Of a stretch of 64,000 nt of DNA, positions 28,244 through 35,952 are shown piece after piece. Source of the stretch: Gemmatimonadota bacterium (GTDB lineage: Bacteria > Gemmatimonadota > Gemmatimonadetes > JACCXV01 > JAHWKZ01); the NCBI GenBank assembly GCA_035524965.1, contig DATLFH010000019.1, positions 5,753 to 69,752 of the forward strand, written 5' to 3'. A program made the translations under genes and the position numbers. Every line of letters starts with the position of its first letter. Within the stretch, counting starts at the first letter, position 1. The notes below the pieces were generated by a model that was not told the DNA's origin, ran no database searches, and saw nothing but the letters and a program-made list of their open reading frames with translations.

Positions 28244-29812
28244 ATGGCGGACTCCAAGCGCATCCTCTGGGTCGACGACGAGATCGGCGGCCTCAAGTCC
28301 CACATCCTGTTCCTCGAGAATCGCGGCTTCGCCGTCACCACGGCCCCTAATGGCGAGGACGCGCTGGCGGTCCTCTCCGAGAACGGGTTCGACTGCGTCC
28401 TGTTGGACGAGCAGATGCCCGGCATGCGCGGCATGACGGTGTTCCAGCGGATCCGCGACACCCATCCCCGCCTCCCCGTCGTGATGGTGACGAAGAGCGA
28501 GGAGGAGGGACTGATGGACCAGGCGATCGGCCGCCGCGTGGACGACTACCTCGTCAAGCCGATCAACCCCAACCAGGTCTTATCGGTCCTCAAGCGCCTC
28601 CTCGAAGGATCGCAGATCCGTCACCAGACGATCGCGCAGGAGTTCAGCCGCCGCTATCTGGACCTCGAGGAGGAGCGGAAAACCCGCGTCACGTGGGACG
28701 ACTGGGTAGCGCTGTACAGGGAGATCCTGGCATGGGAGCTCCGGCTCATCGAGGCGGGCGAGCGGGGGCTCCTGGAGAGCCAGCGGGAGATCCACAAGGC
28801 GGCCAACGCCGACTTCACCCGCTACGTCGTCCGTAACTACCGCAACTGGGTGGCGGCGCGACCGGGCGATCGCCCGACACTCTCGCCCGACGTGATCGGA
28901 GAGCGGGTCCAGCCGCTTCTCGAGGCCGACAGCGGGCCCGTCTTCTTCGTGATCATCGACTGTCTGAGGCTCGACCAGTGGCTCGCCATCCGGGACGCGC
29001 TCGAACCGGACTATACGATCGACGAGTCGTTCGCCGGTTCGATCCTGCCGTCGGCTACGCCGTACTCGCGCAACGCGATCTTCAGCGGCTGGTTCCCGCG
29101 ACAGATCGCCGACAAGCACCCCCATCTGTGGATCGGCGACGCCGACATCGAGGGCTCGCTCAATCCGCACGAAGGGGAGCTTCTGGAGAGGCAGCTTAGA
29201 AGGAAGGGGCTCGGCGAGGTCTGCCCCGTTCAGTACACGAAAGTGTACACCGCCGACGACGGGGCGGCGGCGCTCAAGAAGCTTCCGCAATGCTTCCAGA
29301 GCCGGCTGTCGGCCTTCGTGTTCAATTTCATCGATGTCCTGACCCACGGGCGCTCGGAGTCCGAAATCCTTTTGGAGATCGCGCCCGACCCCGAGGCGTT
29401 CCGCTCGCTCAGCCGGTCGTGGTTCCTCCACTCGCCGCTTTACGAGCTGTTGCGTCAGTCCGCGAGGCACGGCGTGCGCGTCGTCCTCACGACCGATCAC
29501 GGATCGGTGCACTGCTTGAGGCCCGCGACCGTGTACGCGCGGCGTGACGCATCGCAGAATCTGCGCTACAAGTTCGGGACCAACATACGCGCCGAGGATG
29601 CGGAGGCCGCGTTCAGGGTCGTCGACCAGGCCGAGATCGGCCTGCCGGACCTGGGCATCAATGTCGCCGCGCTGATGGCGGTCGAGGACTACTACTTCGT
29701 CTATCCCACCAAGCTGCGCGAGTACCAGAGCCGTTATTACGGCGCCTTCCTGCACGGCGGGATCTCGCTCGAGGAGCTGATCCTGCCGGTCGCGACGCTG
29801 ACCCCGAGGTAG
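28244..29812 (+). CDS. response regulator with receiver domain fused to PglZ (alkaline-phosphatase-like) domain, PorX-like
   Basis: CheY-like N-terminus (ILWVDDE...DCVLLDEQMPGMRG...KP) followed by about 400 aa of PglZ-type sequence. Native GC. Confidence 0.8.
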   Translation: MADSKRILWVDDEIGGLKSHILFLENRGFAVTTAPNGEDALAVLSENGFDCVLLDEQMPGMRGMTVFQRIRDTHPRLPVVMVTKSEEEGLMDQAIGRRVDDYLVKPINPNQVLSVLKRLLEGSQIRHQTIAQEFSRRYLDLEEERKTRVTWDDWVALYREILAWELRLIEAGERGLLESQREIHKAANADFTRYVVRNYRNWVAARPGDRPTLSPDVIGERVQPLLEADSGPVFFVIIDCLRLDQWLAIRDALEPDYTIDESFAGSILPSATPYSRNAIFSGWFPRQIADKHPHLWIGDADIEGSLNPHEGELLERQLRRKGLGEVCPVQYTKVYTADDGAAALKKLPQCFQSRLSAFVFNFIDVLTHGRSESEILLEIAPDPEAFRSLSRSWFLHSPLYELLRQSARHGVRVVLTTDHGSVHCLRPATVYARRDASQNLRYKFGTNIRAEDAEAAFRVVDQAEIGLPDLGINVAALMAVEDYYFVYPTKLREYQSRYYGAFLHGGISLEELILPVATLTPR

Positions 29813-29834
29813 GGTTTCCTTTGCCTCCCAGGAG

Positions 29835-29863
29835 TTGACAAGCGACTTCTAAGCTGCTATACT
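29835..29863 (+). promoter_or_regulatory. near-consensus sigma70 promoter (TTGACA - 17 nt - TATACT) heading the low-GC cassette
   Basis: TTGACA at 29835-29840, a 17-nt spacer, then TATACT at 29858-29863. GGAGG at 29904-29908 sits 5 nt before the GTG at 29914. Confidence 0.55.
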
Positions 29864-29913
29864 ATTCTTAATAGCGTAGTAGCTTGGGAAGGGTTCCTTT
29901 CGCGGAGGTTGCG

Positions 29914-30375
29914 GTGAGAATAGTTTGCCTTGAAGGAAGCAGCCTAAATCAGTTGAGCAGGCTCGGCGTCAGCTTCCAAGATCTGACGCCGCATGGGGCT
30001 GGTAGTTCCATCTATCACTTGGTCGTAATGACTGAGGAGCAGGCCGCTGCACTCAGGGAACTCGGGCTCGGAGGGGAGGACATCACGCCCACAGTTCTTC
30101 AGCGAGCCGAACCAGCTTCAAATGGAGGCTACGTTCATTGTCGCGGCGGGAGAATCCCAGATGGCCTTCGGCTCCGCAAGAAGTACAAAGGTCGAGTTAT
30201 CGAGGCGGAAACGAGGGGCGGAAAATTTTGGGTTAACGGACGCAGTTTTTCCAATCCGTCACGCCCTGCGTGCGAAATAACCGGTACCTCGGTCAATGGT
30301 TGGGTTTGGTGGAATTACTTCGATGAATCGAGTGGAGACTGGCGCTCTCTCAACGATCTTCCCGATAACGAGTGA
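29914..30375 (+). CDS. small protein with DUF4357-like C-terminal domain (first gene of low-GC cassette)
   Basis: Started at the GTG behind a GGAGG RBS; the track's TTG at 29884 is an alternative. The C-terminal half reads KFWVNGRSFSNPSRPACEITGTSVNGWVWW, which resembles the DUF4357 signature. GC is about 50%. Confidence 0.6.
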   Translation: MRIVCLEGSSLNQLSRLGVSFQDLTPHGAGSSIYHLVVMTEEQAAALRELGLGGEDITPTVLQRAEPASNGGYVHCRGGRIPDGLRLRKKYKGRVIEAETRGGKFWVNGRSFSNPSRPACEITGTSVNGWVWWNYFDESSGDWRSLNDLPDNE

Positions 30376-30457
30376 GCTTGAGTCACGAGCCTTGCACCAA
30401 TGGCAGCGAAAATGAGTTTCGGGAAGAGAACCGTCAGTCTACTGACAGGATCCTGAC

Positions 30458-30781
30458 ATGATGAGGGAAAGAGTAACGATTGATCAGTATTGTTCCTCAG
30501 CAGGAACCCGCGAACGCGGGCGGCGGGTCTATCCGGAGATCCTGAAAGCGGCAGAAGGTGATAGAGATCTAGAGATCTCTTTCGAGAAAATAGATTTCGT
30601 GTCTCCATCCTTTCTGGATGAGACCGTCGTTCGCTTGGTCGAAGAAGATCCCTCAATCGCTAAGCGCATAACCGTCATCGGACTGCAGCCTTTTGCGGCG
30701 CGAATGCTGAAAACAGCTCTGGGGAAGCTGGGAATTTCCACGGAAATCGTCAAAGACACGACCGAGCGAAGGGCAAGCTAG
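30458..30781 (+). CDS. STAS-like DUF4325 family protein (anti-sigma-antagonist fold)
   Basis: 107 aa. ISFEKIDFVSPSFLDE matches the DUF4325 core. Low GC. Confidence 0.65.
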   Translation: MMRERVTIDQYCSSAGTRERGRRVYPEILKAAEGDRDLEISFEKIDFVSPSFLDETVVRLVEEDPSIAKRITVIGLQPFAARMLKTALGKLGISTEIVKDTTERRAS

Positions 30782-31653
30782 ACGCGCGGTCTGGGATCCC
30801 AGACGATTTCAACGAGAGTTCCAGGAAGAGGGGAACAGCTTTCCCGGGCGGATATACCCCTATCACCGGCATACACGTGAGCGGCACCGCTCCTAATTCC
30901 GAGATAGCCTCCATGTTCTCGAACCGCCTCAACAATCATGGGAAGGCCGAGTCCTCCCCTGCCAATCCTGCTTGAGACATGCGGGTCTAAAGCACGAAGC
31001 ACCATTTCCGCGTCGGATAGCGTGCCGAGTCTCCCCTCGAGGGCTGCGGGGATGCCGATGCCGCCATCTCCGACTGCGATCTGCACTCTCTGATTATATC
31101 GTTGGACAGTGACTATCGCCTCACGGCTCTGGCTATGGGACTCGATGTTGCTGAGCAGCTCACCCAGGCCGAGACGAAGGTATTCTCCGCTGATTTCGAG
31201 ATCTTTTCCTCGCATGACGATCGTCTCAAAAATTCTTTGCGTGAGATCCTCGACCTGATCGTCGTTCTTCAGCTCGAAGATCGACACCTCGAGCAACTTG
31301 TCCGCCAGGTCTCTCTCGCTCAGCTGCAATTGTTCGATCGGGGGGCGAAACCCGACAGGGAGATCTGAAACCGCAGCCGGAAAGTGCATTCTCACTAGAT
31401 AGTTCCTGACATCCAAGGAATCGGGCAGCTCGACCAAAACCTTCGACGCTCCACGATCAAGGAGATCTCGGATGAGCCAGTACAGATAGATCAAGCCGAA
31501 GGGCTCGATGAACTCGACGTGGTTCATGCGAAGGACAACCTCAGGTTCTACGGCACCTGTCGGGGAGAGCCGGAAAGTCGTGCCTTGCTTGAGTCGAATC
31601 TCGTTGAGAGAAAGCACGAGGCGATCTCCCTCTCGCTGGAGTTCCAAAGGCAT
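30778..31653 (-). CDS. GHKL (histidine-kinase/RsbW-like) ATPase with N-terminal STAS-like region
   Basis: N box ELLSNIESHS, G1 box VGDGGIGI and G2 box GRGGLGLP. Convergent with the STAS-like gene, with the stop codons overlapping by 4 nt. Low GC. Confidence 0.7.
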   Translation of the reverse strand: MPLELQREGDRLVLSLNEIRLKQGTTFRLSPTGAVEPEVVLRMNHVEFIEPFGLIYLYWLIRDLLDRGASKVLVELPDSLDVRNYLVRMHFPAAVSDLPVGFRPPIEQLQLSERDLADKLLEVSIFELKNDDQVEDLTQRIFETIVMRGKDLEISGEYLRLGLGELLSNIESHSQSREAIVTVQRYNQRVQIAVGDGGIGIPAALEGRLGTLSDAEMVLRALDPHVSSRIGRGGLGLPMIVEAVREHGGYLGIRSGAAHVYAGDRGISARESCSPLPGTLVEIVWDPRPRV

Positions 31654-31669
31654 CGACCTCTCCGCTGGT

Positions 31670-32323
31670 TCAGCCTCCTGAAGCGAATCCCGCGAGAGCC
31701 TCCTTGCCCCGATCCACGATGGGCTCCCCGTGGGTCAGGAGGAGGTGGCGGAAGTCGCGCTCGAGGAGGGCGTGGCAGGCTTTAGCGACGCGCGCCTTCA
31801 AGGCCGGCGGGTCGTCCCCATACCAGCCGTCCGGCGCGTAACTGAGGGGCCCCTCGCCGTCCCGCAGCAGGATATCCGCGAAGGTCAGGGCCCCGCCGGC
31901 GACGGGCACGTAGAGGACGGTTTCGTCCAGCTCCTGGCCCGGAACGGCGAGCGCTTCGATCCCGCCGGTCAGCGCCGCGCCGTGGTTGAACGGCTCAGCG
32001 GCCGGCACACGCTCCCGCACGTGGTCGAGCCCGGCGCGATGGCAGAGTACCCGGCAGCCGAACGCTTCGGCGAAGGCGGAGCTCTCCCGTGAGTGGTAGC
32101 GATTGGTCACCAGGATCGTCTCAGGCGCCGGCCGGCCCTCGAACCACTCGAACCGCGCGCCCGGGATCATGGGGTCGATCAGCACGCGGGATCCCTCCAC
32201 GTAGTAGGAGCTGACGACGATCCTTTGCTCCGGGTGGAATGCGGTCCAGTGATGAAGTCCCGGCGCGATCTCCCGGACCGGTCCCGGGGGCGGAGTTTCG
32301 GCGCCCTTCGCGGCACCGGTCAT
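31670..32323 (-). CDS. MBL-fold-like hydrolase family protein (paralog 1)
   Basis: Paralogous to the next gene (VTNRYHSRES / LTNRHHYRHS; LLTHGEPIV / LLAHGEPIV). Confidence 0.55.
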   Translation of the reverse strand: MTGAAKGAETPPPGPVREIAPGLHHWTAFHPEQRIVVSSYYVEGSRVLIDPMIPGARFEWFEGRPAPETILVTNRYHSRESSAFAEAFGCRVLCHRAGLDHVRERVPAAEPFNHGAALTGGIEALAVPGQELDETVLYVPVAGGALTFADILLRDGEGPLSYAPDGWYGDDPPALKARVAKACHALLERDFRHLLLTHGEPIVDRGKEALAGFASGG

Positions 32324-32946
32324 GATCCCGCCGTCTCCTTTCGCTTGCCCACGAACCGGGCGAGCGCCTCCCGACCCCCGCCTACGATCGGCTCGCCGTG
32401 CGCCAGGAGGACATGACGGAAGTCGTGCTCCTCGACAAGGCGGCCGAGCGACTCCCGGAGACCCGCCTTGACCCCCTCCGGATCCTCACCCATGTATTCG
32501 TCGGACACGAACCTCAGATCTCCCTCCCGGATGACCGCATCCCCGATCGCCAGGATCCCAGCCTCGCGCACCGTGTGGAACGCCGTCTCCTCCGGACAGA
32601 GCACTCCGATCTCGATCGCCAGGAAGCCGTTCGGGAAGTCATCCCCGGCGGCAAACGGCTCGACCTCCTCGCCGGATGTGAACTCGTGCATCCCCGCCCG
32701 ATGGCAGCGCACGGTCGCGCCGTAGGCGCCGGCCAGCTCGCCGCTGTGCCTGTAGTGATGGCGGTTCGTCAGCAGGATGTCGTGCGGCTCGCCGTGGCGC
32801 CGGAACCACTCGACGCCCTCCTCCGGCACCCGCGGGTCGATCAGCACACCGCCGTCGGCATCAGTCAGGTAGTACGAGTGGATATCGATTCCCCACTTCT
32901 CGTGCTGGGTCGTCCAGTGGAAAACGCCGGGCAGGATCTCATTCAT
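32320..32946 (-). CDS. MBL-fold-like hydrolase family protein (paralog 2)
   Basis: Tandem duplicate with a 4-nt overlap. Confidence 0.55.
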   Translation of the reverse strand: MNEILPGVFHWTTQHEKWGIDIHSYYLTDADGGVLIDPRVPEEGVEWFRRHGEPHDILLTNRHHYRHSGELAGAYGATVRCHRAGMHEFTSGEEVEPFAAGDDFPNGFLAIEIGVLCPEETAFHTVREAGILAIGDAVIREGDLRFVSDEYMGEDPEGVKAGLRESLGRLVEEHDFRHVLLAHGEPIVGGGREALARFVGKRKETAGS

Positions 32947-33043
32947 GATACCCTCGGTCCTTCGGGTGATGGCGTGCTGCTCGCCCCGCGGGAGACGACT
33001 CCCGCGCGGGTAGGGACGGCGCCAGTTTAATATCTTCTCTCCG

Positions 33044-34870
33044 ATGGCTACCTACCTCCGGATGCTGGGATATCTGCGGCCGCACGCACCGCTCCTCGGG
33101 CTGTCGTTCGGGTTGATGGTGGCGTTCGCCCTGGTCGATGGCTTCTCGATCGTCGTCCTGATCCCGTTTCTGCAGGTCCTCTTCGGCGGCCCCTCGCCCG
33201 CGGCCGCGATCCCGGCTCCCGATCACTGGCTGGGGCGGATCGAGAACTTCCTCAAGTACGATCTCTTCACGTTCCTGGCCGAGCCGTCGCGGCTGGGGAC
33301 GCTGACTAACGTGTGCCTCATCATCCTGGTGATCTACTTCGTGAAGGCGGTGCTGGGCTACTTCCAGCAGTTCCTGCCGCAGATCGTGCTCGAGCGGGCG
33401 CTCAGGGACCTCCGGAACGAGTTCTTCGCCCACCTCCACGGCCTCTCGTTCCGATACTACCAGCGGACCCGCGCCGGACACCTGCTGTCGATCCTGACGA
33501 ACGATGTCCAGCTCCTCAAGAACGCGATCTCGACCGGCGTCTTCCAGGTGACCCGCAACCTCCTGGAGGTCTCGGTCACGCTCCTCATCCTGCTGGCGAT
33601 CTCGTGGCGGCTGACGCTCCTCGCCATCGCGATCCTGCCCCCGATCGCCTGGATCGCGGTCCTGATCGCGCGGAAGCTGCGGCGGGTCAACCGCGAGCTG
33701 CTCCAGAAGTTCGGCGACGTCACAAGCGCGCTCCAGGAGACGATCGCCGGGATTCGCATCATCAAGGCGTTCGGCGCCGAGCGCTACGAGCGGGCGCGGT
33801 TCGCCGGCGACAACGCGGGCTACCTCAGGAACACCGTGCGTTCGAGAAAGTACGCGCTGCTGGGCACGCCGCTCTCGGAGTTCCTGCTAGCGACGGCGGT
33901 CGTCGTGATCCTGTACATCGGCGGCCGCATGATCCTGACCGGCGGGGATCTCACTCCCGAGACGTTCTTCGTGTTCCTCGTCGCGGCGCTCAAGCTGTCG
34001 AGCCCCCTCAAGTACCTCTCGAAGCTGAACGAGGACGTGCAGCCGGCGCTGGCCGGCTGCGAGCGGATCTTCGCGGTCCTCGACACCGAGCCGGAAGTCG
34101 TGGAAGCGTTGCACCCGGTGCCGATCTCGGGCTTCGAGGATCGGGTCCGCTATGAGGACGTCTCCTTCGCCTACGAGGAGGGCGGGCCCGTCCTCCACGA
34201 TATCTCGTTCACGATCGGGAAGGGGGAGGTAGTCGCGCTCGTCGGCCCATCGGGGGGCGGCAAGTCCACGCTCGTCGACCTCCTGCCGCGATTCTACGAC
34301 CCGTCCTCGGGCCGAATCCTGTTCGATGGCCACGATCTCCGCGATGTCCGCCTCGCCGACCTGAGGTCGCAGATGGGGATCGTCACGCAGGAGGTGATCC
34401 TGTTCCATGACACGGTGGCCGCCAACGTCGCCTACGGGACCGTGCCCGACCAGGAGCGGCTCGAGGCGGCCGCCCGCGCCGCCAACGCGCTCGACTTCAT
34501 CCGGGCGCTCCCTGACGGATTCGAAACGCCCCTGGGCGAGCGTGGGGTGCGTCTCTCCGGCGGCCAGCGGCAGCGGATCGCGATCGCGCGCGCGATCTAC
34601 CGGAACCCGCCGATCCTCATCTTCGACGAGGCGACCTCGGCGCTGGACACCGAGAGCGAAATGCTGGTCCAGGAGGCGATCTCCCGACTCATGGAGAACC
34701 GTACGGCGATCGTCATCGCGCATCGTCTTTCGACGGTGCTCCGCGCCGACCGGATCGTCGTGATCGAGCGGGGCCGAGTGGTGGAACAGGGGACCCACGC
34801 CGAGCTCCTCGCGCGCGCGGGTCGCTACAGCCGCCTCTACGAGCTGCAGTTCGCCGAGCTGCCGGCGTGA
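33044..34870 (+). CDS. msbA: ABC transporter ATP-binding/permease, MsbA-like lipid exporter
   Basis: Six-TM domain, then Walker A GPSGGGKST, signature LSGGQRQR and Walker B ILIFDEATSALD. Confidence 0.8.
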   Translation: MATYLRMLGYLRPHAPLLGLSFGLMVAFALVDGFSIVVLIPFLQVLFGGPSPAAAIPAPDHWLGRIENFLKYDLFTFLAEPSRLGTLTNVCLIILVIYFVKAVLGYFQQFLPQIVLERALRDLRNEFFAHLHGLSFRYYQRTRAGHLLSILTNDVQLLKNAISTGVFQVTRNLLEVSVTLLILLAISWRLTLLAIAILPPIAWIAVLIARKLRRVNRELLQKFGDVTSALQETIAGIRIIKAFGAERYERARFAGDNAGYLRNTVRSRKYALLGTPLSEFLLATAVVVILYIGGRMILTGGDLTPETFFVFLVAALKLSSPLKYLSKLNEDVQPALAGCERIFAVLDTEPEVVEALHPVPISGFEDRVRYEDVSFAYEEGGPVLHDISFTIGKGEVVALVGPSGGGKSTLVDLLPRFYDPSSGRILFDGHDLRDVRLADLRSQMGIVTQEVILFHDTVAANVAYGTVPDQERLEAAARAANALDFIRALPDGFETPLGERGVRLSGGQRQRIAIARAIYRNPPILIFDEATSALDTESEMLVQEAISRLMENRTAIVIAHRLSTVLRADRIVVIERGRVVEQGTHAELLARAGRYSRLYELQFAELPA

Positions 34871-35952
34871 TGCGCCTGCCGCTGGAGCCCGGCGATGTCC
34901 GCCGCGCGCTCTTCATCCGCCTCCGGCGTTTTGGCGACACGATCGTGCTTGGACACGCGATCCGCGCGTTCAGGCGCTGGGCGCCTGGCGCCCGCCTGGG
35001 CGTCGTCGTCCAGCCCGGCTACGAGGCGTACGTCGAGCTCCTCCCCGAGGTCGACGCGGTCGTGATCGCAGGCCGCGGCGTACGGGACGGCGCACAGGCG
35101 CTGGCCCGCGTGTGCGCATTCGGCGCCGATCTGGCGATCGACTTCCATGGCAACCCGCGGGCGGCGCTCCTGACGCTAGCGAGCGGCGCCCGGCTCAAGG
35201 TGGGCGAGCGGCGCTTCCGGTGGCCGGTCTACGACGTGCGAACGCCGCATGCCGAGCTCGTATTCGGCCTGGAGCGCCGGAGCCACACGGTCGAGAACCA
35301 CCTGGCGCTCCTGGCCGCGATCGGCATCCCGACGCCGCCCGAGCCGCTGGCGCTGCCGGTCCCCGCCCAGGCGCGGGCGGCCCTCGCCCATCGTCTCGGG
35401 ACCGCCGGCGTCCCCGACGGCCCGCGCGTGGTCCTCTTTCCGACGACGACGCTGCGAGGCAAGCAATGGCCGATCGAGCGCTGGTTCTCGCTCGCCGCGC
35501 GTCTGGCAGAGACCTGGACCGGAGCGATCCTGCTGCCGTTCGCGCCCGGCGAGGATTCGATGGCCGAGCATGCGCGGGAGGCGGCTGGAGGGGCGCATGT
35601 CCTCCCCTCGCTCCCCCTCGCCGAGCTCAGCGCGCTCGCTTCCACGGCTGCCCTTGTGGTCGCGCAGGACTCGCTCGGCGCCCATCTGGCCGCCGCCCAC
35701 GGCGTTCCCTCGGTCCTCCTCTTCGGGGCGACCGATCCGGCCGAGTATCACCCCTGGATGGCGGAGCACGTCGTGCTCCGGGTCGAGGGCCTTTGCTGCT
35801 CGCCATGCGGCGGCCGGTCGTGTCGCTCGCCCTACTACCCGTGGGCGTGCATCGACGGACTCGATGAGGACGCGGTGCTCGGGACCGTGCTTGCCTGGCT
35901 TGCCGGCGAGCGACCGGGAGCGCGCACCGCGACGCCACGTGCCGGCGCCTGA
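34867..35952 (+). CDS. glycosyltransferase family 9 (LPS heptosyltransferase-like)
   Basis: GT9-like sequence. ATGA overlap with the msbA-like gene. Confidence 0.7.
   Translation: MMRLPLEPGDVRRALFIRLRRFGDTIVLGHAIRAFRRWAPGARLGVVVQPGYEAYVELLPEVDAVVIAGRGVRDGAQALARVCAFGADLAIDFHGNPRAALLTLASGARLKVGERRFRWPVYDVRTPHAELVFGLERRSHTVENHLALLAAIGIPTPPEPLALPVPAQARAALAHRLGTAGVPDGPRVVLFPTTTLRGKQWPIERWFSLAARLAETWTGAILLPFAPGEDSMAEHAREAAGGAHVLPSLPLAELSALASTAALVVAQDSLGAHLAAAHGVPSVLLFGATDPAEYHPWMAEHVVLRVEGLCCSPCGGRSCRSPYYPWACIDGLDEDAVLGTVLAWLAGERPGARTATPRAGA

Noticed and set aside
28244-29812. The PglZ domain as evidence of a BREX or DISARM defence system
   Set aside because: The N-terminal receiver domain and the absence of BrxC/PglX/BrxL or DrmA/B genes fit a PorX-type regulator instead. 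The gene also has native GC.
30555-30580. The run agatctagagatct containing BglII, XbaI and BglII sites inside the STAS-like gene, considered as a possible cloning scar
   Set aside because: It lies in-frame and encodes a natural peptide (DRDLEISFE) in the conserved region of the protein, so coincidence is the simplest explanation.
29823-31678. A 6-bp direct repeat (gcctcc) near both island borders, considered as a possible target-site duplication
   Set aside because: It is too short and too common in GC-rich DNA to be meaningful.
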